A stretch of DNA of 5,083 nucleotides from Candidatus Iainarchaeum sp. (GTDB lineage: Archaea; Iainarchaeota; Iainarchaeia; Iainarchaeales; CSSED10-239). Position numbers and translations under genes: made by a program. The notes beneath the pieces were generated by a model, which worked only from the letters and a program-made list of their open reading frames with translations, made no database searches and was not told the origin of the DNA. Positions 1 through 4,374 of the stretch are shown piece by piece. Each line of letters opens with the position of its first letter. Position 1 is the first letter of the stretch. The stretch covers positions 1 to 5,083 of the forward strand of contig JAQVTI010000029.1 of the NCBI GenBank assembly GCA_028700115.1. The letters are read 5' to 3'.

Positions 1-49
1 TTTTTTGTATTCTTTTTTTCTTTTTTGCTAAATAATCTTCGTAAGTCAT
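1..49 (-). CDS. 5-prime end of an ORF running off the left edge (MTYEDYLAKKKKRIQK...), product unknown
   Basis: The ATG at 49..47 lies 5 nt after the TGA stop (57..55) of the upstream gene. The frame stays open to the window edge, but only 16 codons are visible. There is only a weak GAGA SD-like element. Translated by hand; not in the supplied track. Confidence 0.3.
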   Translation of the reverse strand, partial: MTYEDYLAKKKKRIQK

Positions 50-54
50 AATTC

Positions 55-276
55 TCAGTATTTATTTTTATAATATCTTCTTTTTTTTATTCTTTTTTCC
101 ATTTTTATAAGTTCTGGATAATATCTACTTCCAAGTTCTTTAATATGATCTTTTGCTGTTGATCTTGCAAATTGTTTTAGAGTCATTTTACATTTTGTTT
201 TTTTCATTTTGTTATATGTATTTTTATGTTCTCTTTCTATTTTAGTTCCAAGTTTTAATGATTTTTTATATTTCAT
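55..276 (-). CDS. Small basic protein (73 aa), DUF5661-like (phage/virus-associated family of unknown function)
   Basis: Track ORF with a TGA stop at 55-57. The protein contains G-T-K-I-E-R-E-H ... A-K-D-H-I-K-E-L ... Y-Y-P-E-L-I-K-M-E-K. This fits the pattern I recall for DUF5661: G-x-x-[VI]-E-x-E-H, then A-x-x-H-[LI]-x-E, then Y-Y-x-x-L-x-x-M-E. That match is memory-based and not searched. There is no strong SD (AAGAAGAAAAATATG). Confidence 0.6.
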   Translation of the reverse strand: MKYKKSLKLGTKIEREHKNTYNKMKKTKCKMTLKQFARSTAKDHIKELGSRYYPELIKMEKRIKKRRYYKNKY

Positions 277-329
277 ATTTTTCTTCTTTTTTATTTTTAA
301 TTTTTACTAATATATGTATTTTTCTTTAT

Positions 330-809
330 TCATATATCCCAGCTTCCGTTCTGAATTTTATTTTTTATTCTTTGGGTTGGTGTTATAAAAAATGAAAATA
401 TTGGTATTCCTATTGTAATTACTATTATAAATACCCATGTTAGTACAATTGCTACAGGATTACTACCACTAACATTTACTACACTTTCTATTACATTAAG
501 TAATATTGTTAGAACTAATGGTGCGATTAGAATACAAAGTACAAATACAAATCCAGTAATCATACTATCAAATAATCTAAAAATAGTATCTATAAAATCT
601 TTATCAGAATAAAAAATAATTAATGGTATTCCTAAATAAAAGAATAAACAGAAAATTATAAATGATACATACATTAATGGCACAGCTGAATTTCCTATTA
701 AAGAAATTACATTATTTTTTGCTGTTGACCATGAACTAAAGATAATACTAGTTAAAAATAAATTAATTATTAAACAAAAAACAGGTAATATTTTATTTCC
801 TACATTCAT
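330..809 (-). CDS. Integral membrane protein, about 4 TM helices (159 aa), function unknown
   Basis: Track ORF with a TGA stop at 330-332. Four hydrophobic stretches of about 21-26 aa lie at roughly residues 6-26, 43-66, 82-106 and 118-143, separated by short polar loops. Trp is encoded by TGG. The gene is separated from the upstream gene by 67 nt containing a TATAAT hexamer (845..840, minus strand). Confidence 0.8.
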   Translation of the reverse strand: MNVGNKILPVFCLIINLFLTSIIFSSWSTAKNNVISLIGNSAVPLMYVSFIIFCLFFYLGIPLIIFYSDKDFIDTIFRLFDSMITGFVFVLCILIAPLVLTILLNVIESVVNVSGSNPVAIVLTWVFIIVITIGIPIFSFFITPTQRIKNKIQNGSWDI

Positions 810-876
810 ATTTTTCTAATTTATAAATTAAACAATTATATTATACAGCAAAAGTTTTTTAAACTAATTGTTTTTT

Positions 877-1422
877 TTATTTTTTTTCTTTTTCTTCATC
901 TTTTAATTTTTTTAAAAATAAATTATCTGTTTCATCAATATGTGATTCTTTTTTACCAAATCCTTGGTTCGCAAAATGATTATCTTCTCTATTTCTTTCT
1001 AGTATGGATATTGATTCTATTATATTATATAAAAAATCAGTTACTGATTCTGTTGATTTAATCATTTCTTTTTCAATTTCTTTTGCTTTTTTTTTAATTT
1101 TTTCTTCTACTTGTTTTTGTGTTTCATTTTCATTTGTTATATATTCCATTTTTTTAGTTTTTTCGTTAAATGTAATATATTGATTTTTAGTTAATATTTC
1201 TATGTGTTTTAATTTACTTATTAAAAAGTCATTTATAAGTTTCATTAATTTTCTTTGATTTCTTACAAATGTTTTTTTTCTTGGTTCTGAATGCAAATAT
1301 GCTAATACAAGATTTGCATTTTTATTGTTTTGTTCAAATTGGTACAAATATTTATACAAATCTTTATCATCATCAAATACTTCATTATTATCTATTAATT
1401 TTTCATCTTTGTATTCCATCAT
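877..1422 (-). CDS. Soluble Lys/Glu-rich, probably coiled-coil protein with an acidic N-terminus (181 aa), function unknown
   Basis: Track ORF. Its ATG (1422..1420) overlaps the TGA (1421..1419) of the upstream gene, forming ATGA. A strong SD-like AGGTG lies 4 nt upstream (TTAGGTGTAAAATG). The N-terminus is acidic (EVFDDDKDLY) and there are long K/E heptad-like stretches (QVEEKIKKKAKEIEKEMIK). Confidence 0.8.
   Translation of the reverse strand: MMEYKDEKLIDNNEVFDDDKDLYKYLYQFEQNNKNANLVLAYLHSEPRKKTFVRNQRKLMKLINDFLISKLKHIEILTKNQYITFNEKTKKMEYITNENETQKQVEEKIKKKAKEIEKEMIKSTESVTDFLYNIIESISILERNREDNHFANQGFGKKESHIDETDNLFLKKLKDEEKEKK
1290..1320. repeat. Perfect 9-bp inverted repeat AATGCAAAT-N13-ATTTGCATT inside a coding sequence
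   Basis: Read directly from the sequence: 1290-1298 AATGCAAAT and 1312-1320 ATTTGCATT are reverse complements. It shares the octamer ATTTGCAT with 3893-3900 in the long intergenic gap. It could be chance in AT-rich DNA. Confidence 0.3.
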
Positions 1423-2156
1423 TTTACACCTAATTTATAAGTAATTTTTTGACTTTTTATCTGTCCAAAAATTCGTTTCATAAAAATATTATTAGTTTTT
1501 AGGTCTATAGCAAGTTGTAGTTCATCTTCTCCACCACCAGATGGATCAATTTCTCTATTATCTATATTTGCACTATTAAGTATTTGATTTAATTCTTGTA
1601 ATGATAAACATGAATATGTTGCATATCCTAAATATGTATTTTTTTCTTTTGTTGTCCAATTATCCCCATAAAATTCAACAATAGTATCTGAATATTTAGC
1701 TAATGCTTTATTAGATTTGATTGCTAAATTTTTTTTTTTAGTATCTTTTATATTATGCAATTCTATTATTTCTCTTACTTTTTTATTTACATCAAACCCA
1801 ATACCAGGTTTTCTCCAAAAAGTTATTTCTTTAGTATTTTTAATATTTTCTTTCGCAAAATTTTTAATCAATTCACTTTCAGCATATATTTTTTGTTGTC
1901 TTATATTAATTATTTCATTTAATTTATTTTCTTTATTTTTAGTTAATCTAATACGAACTTTTGTTGGTATTTTTCTACTTTTATTTTCTTTTTGGTAACC
2001 CACATAATTTTCTTGTTTTATTGTTGGATCATATGGATAATAATTTGCTTTTCTTTTTTTGGTATCATATATATATACATATTTTCCTTTTCTACTTTTA
2101 TTGTTTAATTCTACTATTTTAAATCTATACTTTTCTTCATTCATTATTATCATCAT
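1419..2156 (-). CDS. Basic soluble protein (245 aa), function unknown
   Basis: Track ORF. The start is ambiguous: ATGs at 2156, 2153 and 2144 (MMIIM...) all overlap the 3-prime end of the upstream gene, whose stop is at 2137-2139. The TGA stop overlaps the next start. The protein is Lys-rich with no motif I can assign. It contains an A11 tract on the coding strand at 1729-1739. Confidence 0.75.
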   Translation of the reverse strand: MMIIMNEEKYRFKIVELNNKSRKGKYVYIYDTKKRKANYYPYDPTIKQENYVGYQKENKSRKIPTKVRIRLTKNKENKLNEIINIRQQKIYAESELIKNFAKENIKNTKEITFWRKPGIGFDVNKKVREIIELHNIKDTKKKNLAIKSNKALAKYSDTIVEFYGDNWTTKEKNTYLGYATYSCLSLQELNQILNSANIDNREIDPSGGGEDELQLAIDLKTNNIFMKRIFGQIKSQKITYKLGVK

Positions 2157-2382
2157 TTATTACATTTTCAATTTCTTTATATTTATACATTGCATAAGTT
2201 TTAATTGCCAAATCAAAAAATAAAACAGCATAATTCATAGCAAAAATACTAAATATTATTACAAAAATTATTTTTTTTGTTTCATATGCTAATAGTACTA
2301 ACCAAATCATTGTGATCATGCTTATTATAAATGATTGTAATGTCCAAAATATGTTTCTTTTTGTTATTTTATTTATTTTCAT
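2137..2382 (-). CDS. Small 2-TM hairpin membrane protein (81 aa) with an acidic C-terminal tail
   Basis: Track ORF. Its ATG at 2382 lies 2 nt after the TAA (2385-2387) of the upstream gene. It has a basic N-terminus (MKINKITKRN), hydrophobic segments at about residues 11-33 and 38-60, and a C-terminus ending ENVINDDNNE. The stop is TGA. Confidence 0.75.
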   Translation of the reverse strand: MKINKITKRNIFWTLQSFIISMITMIWLVLLAYETKKIIFVIIFSIFAMNYAVLFFDLAIKTYAMYKYKEIENVINDDNNE

Positions 2383-2384
2383 AT

Positions 2385-3233
2385 TTATTTCTTTTTAAAT
2401 AATTTATTAATTATTACACCACCAATTACTGGTAATGTATTCATATCCACAGCACCACTTGTATTTTTAACTATTTGAACTGCTGGTTCTTTACTTAACC
2501 CTAAAGCATTAAAAAGATATGGTAATCCATATATTATTCCTACAATAACAGCAATTCCTATAACTGCATAAATTAAAATATCTGTTATTTCTAATTTTTT
2601 TTTATTTTCATCAAGTTTATTTTCTTCTTTAGCTTGTGCCCATGTTAATTCTATTATAGATGTTACTTTTTCAGAATCATGTATAGGTTTAACTGGATAA
2701 TCAAAAGTTTCATTTACATGATGTATTAAAACTTTATAAGTATCTCCAAATAAGTCTGCATCATAACAGTTATTAGTGTCTAACCATATTCTTCTTTTTT
2801 TTCTAGTGTTTGGTATTAAAAACCACCCAGTTTCTGCATTTTGGTATATTTCTAACTTTAGATTATTTCTCATTAGAAATAATAATGGGTCTTTTAATAT
2901 TTTTACTGCTTCTTTTTTATTATTATTTTCTATTAGAAATGTATATTGTTTTTTTAATTCTTGTAAATTAATATTGTTTTCTTTTGCATTTTTAATAAAT
3001 TTTTTTCTAATTTTTAAAATTTTTTCTTCATATTTTTTATTAATTTTTTCTTCTTTATTTATATTAGTTTTAATTTTATTTTTAGTTTTTAATATATTAC
3101 TAATTTTAATATTATATAATGTATTTTTAAAATTATTTATTATTCCTTTTTCATCATTAGTTTTAATTGGTAAATTTGGAATTTTTATTTTGTCTAATTC
3201 ATCTATTGTATTTTCCTTTATTTCTTTACTCAT
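2385..3233 (-). CDS. C-terminally membrane-anchored protein (282 aa), function unknown: Lys-rich helical N-terminal region, a central globular region, and one TM
   Basis: Track ORF and the longest in the window. There is no N-terminal signal peptide. Residues 1-120 or so are K/N/I-rich and helical. The central region (GWFLIPNTRKKRRIWLDTNNCYDADLFGDTYKVLIHHVNETFDYPVKP) looks globular. A single 23-aa hydrophobic helix spans residues 219-241 (ILIYAVIGIAVIVGIIYGLPYLF). It is followed by a 41-aa tail with a short hydrophobic patch (LPVIGGVIINKLF). Confidence 0.85.
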   Translation of the reverse strand: MSKEIKENTIDELDKIKIPNLPIKTNDEKGIINNFKNTLYNIKISNILKTKNKIKTNINKEEKINKKYEEKILKIRKKFIKNAKENNINLQELKKQYTFLIENNNKKEAVKILKDPLLFLMRNNLKLEIYQNAETGWFLIPNTRKKRRIWLDTNNCYDADLFGDTYKVLIHHVNETFDYPVKPIHDSEKVTSIIELTWAQAKEENKLDENKKKLEITDILIYAVIGIAVIVGIIYGLPYLFNALGLSKEPAVQIVKNTSGAVDMNTLPVIGGVIINKLFKKK

Positions 3234-3248
3234 TTAAATTCACTTTTT

Positions 3249-3278
3249 AAAAAAAATATAAAGGGGTATATCCCCTTT
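3249..3278 (-). terminator. Rho-independent-type terminator hairpin with a U8 tract (potentially bidirectional)
   Basis: 3260-3278 reads AAAGGGG-TATAT-CCCCTTT, a 7-bp stem with 4 G:C pairs and a 5-nt loop. On the minus strand the stem is followed by ATA plus T8 (3256..3249). On the plus strand a T6 run follows the CCCC. It sits 25 nt downstream of the TAG of ORF 3304..3435. Confidence 0.6.
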
Positions 3279-3279
3279 T

Positions 3280-3303
3280 TTGTTATATGTAACAACATAA
3301 CAA
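3280..3303. repeat. Inverted repeat TTGTTAT-N10-ATAACAA, overlapping the direct repeat TAACAAC-A-TAACAAC
   Basis: Read directly: 3280-3286 TTGTTAT and 3297-3303 ATAACAA are reverse complements. TAACAAC occurs at 3290-3296 and again at 3298-3304. On the minus-strand RNA this would form a second, weaker hairpin just upstream of the terminator hairpin. Confidence 0.3.
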
Positions 3304-3435
3304 CTATTCTATTTCAGGTTCGTTTTGTGGTTCTTTTTTTTCTTTTTTTAAATATTTAGAATTAAATAAATCTACCAAAATATTTAAACTATTTTCTATG
3401 TTTGTTAATCTCATATCTAATTCTCTATCGTCCAT
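3304..3435 (-). CDS. Small hydrophilic helical protein (43 aa; MDDRELDMRLTNIENSLNILVDLFNSKYLKKEKKEPQNEPEIE)
   Basis: Not in the supplied track (below its apparent length cutoff); translated by hand codon by codon. The ATG at 3435..3433 lies 8 nt after the TAG (3446..3444) of the upstream gene. An SD-like AGGT overlaps that stop (TAGGTAATAACATG). The ORF ends with TAG at 3306..3304, 25 nt before the terminator hairpin. It fills an otherwise unexplained gap. Confidence 0.5.
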   Translation of the reverse strand: MDDRELDMRLTNIENSLNILVDLFNSKYLKKEKKEPQNEPEIE

Positions 3436-3443
3436 GTTATTAC

Positions 3444-3848
3444 CTATATATTATCTTTAAAATCTTCTATTTTTTTTGGTATTTCTAAACCACATTTTAC
3501 CCATACATTATCAACATTAAGATATTCCAAACCTAAAAAAGTACCATATTTATTTTTATATTCAATTACTTGATATAATGTTTGTGTGGGTTTATTATCA
3601 GCAGATAATAATGAATTAGCCATAGTTTCAGTTAATTTGATCCAAACATTTTCATATTGTTTTTGGTTTATATCAATTAAACTAACTGGTATTGTGTAGG
3701 AATCGTATTTTCCTTTTTTACAGATTGGTTTATTTATTTGTGGTACAAATTTATCTCCAATTTCTACAATGCCTTCAGTTAAAATTTCTCCATTTTTGGT
3801 TTTTAGTATTTCTCCTTCTTTATTAACTAACATTTCTTTTTTTACCAT
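3444..3848 (-). CDS. Soluble protein (134 aa) with internal sequence repeats, function unknown
   Basis: Track ORF with the best RBS in the window: AAGAGG with 9 nt between GG and the ATG. It follows the only long intergenic region. Internal repeats are EGEILKT / NGEILTE (residues 11-25) and K-x-K-Y ... N-V-W-[IV]-K (residues 45-71 and 98-118). There are no hydrophobic segments. Confidence 0.85.
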   Translation of the reverse strand: MVKKEMLVNKEGEILKTKNGEILTEGIVEIGDKFVPQINKPICKKGKYDSYTIPVSLIDINQKQYENVWIKLTETMANSLLSADNKPTQTLYQVIEYKNKYGTFLGLEYLNVDNVWVKCGLEIPKKIEDFKDNI

Positions 3849-3872
3849 TTTTTATCGCCTCTTTCTTTATTT

Positions 3873-3909
3873 GTTATACTATATTAAGAATTATTTGCAT
3901 AATTCTATA
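3873..3909 (-). promoter_or_regulatory. Tentative sigma70-like promoter for 3444..3848
   Basis: On the minus strand there is a -10-like TATAAC at 3878..3873 (5/6 to TATAAT), with weak -35 candidates ATGCAA/TATGCA about 16-17 nt upstream. An alternative is a -10 TAATAT at 3886..3881 with TATAGA at 3909..3904. Such hexamers are frequent in AT-rich DNA, so this is weakly supported. Confidence 0.3.
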
Positions 3910-3921
3910 AATATTATGCAA
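3895..3921. promoter_or_regulatory. Operator-like perfect dyad TTGCATAAT-N9-ATTATGCAA
   Basis: Read directly: 3895-3903 TTGCATAAT and 3913-3921 ATTATGCAA are perfect reverse complements with a 9-bp spacer (TCTATAAAT). It overlaps the putative -35 region and lies 47-73 nt upstream of the ATG at 3848. Confidence 0.45.
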
Positions 3922-3948
3922 CAAACAGTTTATAAACCTATTGTTGCA
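3917..3948. promoter_or_regulatory. 32-bp imperfect palindrome TGCAACAA-aca-GTTTATAAAC-cta-TTGTTGCA
   Basis: Read directly: 3917-3924 TGCAACAA and 3941-3948 TTGTTGCA are reverse complements. The perfect 10-bp palindrome GTTTATAAAC (3928-3937) shares the same centre, between 3932 and 3933, so 13 of 16 positions are paired. It overlaps the right arm of the 3895-3921 dyad. Confidence 0.4.
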
Positions 3949-4107
3949 AAATTTATTTTTATTTTTTTTGTTTATATTCTTTCAACAATTTTTTTTTAAA
4001 TTTTAAATTATTTTCTAATTTAAGAATACTTAATTGTAAATCATTTATTTTCCAATTTAAATAATCAATTCCAGTTTTTTCAGAAACTTTTTGATCATGT
4101 ATTTTTA

Positions 4108-4371
4108 TCACATTTTCATCTCCTTTTCTTTTTTTATTTCTTTTATTGATAATATTATTCCAATTATTAGTCCACTAGGCATAATAAATAAACCATATAA
4201 ATCTATTTTATCTATAATTTTATAACTAATATTTAATTTATCACGTAATATATTACAAGACATAGAACCTGCGCAATTTTTATAGTTATAATCATTATTA
4301 ATTACATTATAAATTGCTAAAATCATAGCTAATATAAAAAACCCCCATAATATTTTATTTATTTTTTTCAT
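4108..4371 (-). CDS. Small 2-TM membrane protein (87 aa) with a Cys-x5-Cys loop
   Basis: Track ORF. Its ATG at 4371 lies 3 nt after the TAA of the upstream gene. It has an N-terminal signal-anchor-like segment (MKKINKILWGFFILAMILAIYNVI), a polar loop of about 33 aa containing C33 and C39 (NCAGSMSC), and a second hydrophobic helix at about residues 58-76. The tail is basic (KEIKKEKEMKM). The TGA stop is immediately followed by TAA. Confidence 0.75.
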   Translation of the reverse strand: MKKINKILWGFFILAMILAIYNVINNDYNYKNCAGSMSCNILRDKLNISYKIIDKIDLYGLFIMPSGLIIGIILSIKEIKKEKEMKM

Positions 4372-4374
4372 TTT

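Noticed and set aside
853-865. Hairpin AGTTT-TTT-AAACT after the stop of 877..1422 (a similar AGTTT...AAACT occurs in the 4073-4088 region) as a terminator
   Set aside because: The stem is only 5 bp with a single G:C pair, so it is too weak to call. Such A/T stems are abundant by chance here.
1524-1547. D-P-S-G-G-G-E-D in the 245-aa protein, resembling the D-x-G-G-G-T-x-D phosphate-2 motif of actin/HSP70/ParM ATPases
   Set aside because: The spacing differs. There is no N-terminal D-x-G phosphate-1 motif. The motif sits near the C-terminus of a protein too short for an actin fold.
1717-1998. Plus-strand 93-aa ORF from the track
   Set aside because: It lies entirely antisense to the 245-aa minus-strand gene. 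Its Phe/Leu/Ile/Ser-rich sequence is what poly-T DNA yields when the opposite strand encodes Lys/Asn/Glu. It has no SD and no gene-like context, so it is a shadow ORF.
2443-2451. ATATCCACA, an 8/9 match to the DnaA box TTATCCACA
   Set aside because: It is a single isolated copy inside a coding region, with no cluster and no adjacent AT-rich unwinding element.
2715-2726. I-H-H-V in the 282-aa protein as a possible HUH motif, with nearby D-A-D as a primase-like DxD
   Set aside because: HUH requires His-hydrophobic-His. There is no catalytic Tyr motif. The D-x-D and His residues are too close together for an AEP primase. The protein is membrane-anchored.
2776-3237. Plus-strand 153-aa ORF from the track
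   Set aside because: It is antisense to the 282-aa gene and consists of low-complexity F/L/I/S translation of T-runs. It has no RBS. It is a shadow ORF.
2137-3848. Filamentous-phage (inovirus/plectrovirus)-like layout: a small soluble gV-like protein, a tiny ORF, a terminator, a C-terminally anchored pIII-like protein, and a small pVI-like membrane protein
   Set aside because: The order is evocative, but the 43-aa product lacks the hydrophobic core of a major coat protein. The 282-aa protein has no N-terminal signal peptide. No Zot/pI-type P-loop (GxxxxGK[ST]) or HUH Rep is visible anywhere in the window. This is an analogy only.
3769-3999. Plus-strand 76-aa ORF from the track
   Set aside because: It overlaps the 5-prime end of the 134-aa gene antisense and runs through the intergenic dyads. 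It shows the same F/L/I-rich shadow composition and has no SD.
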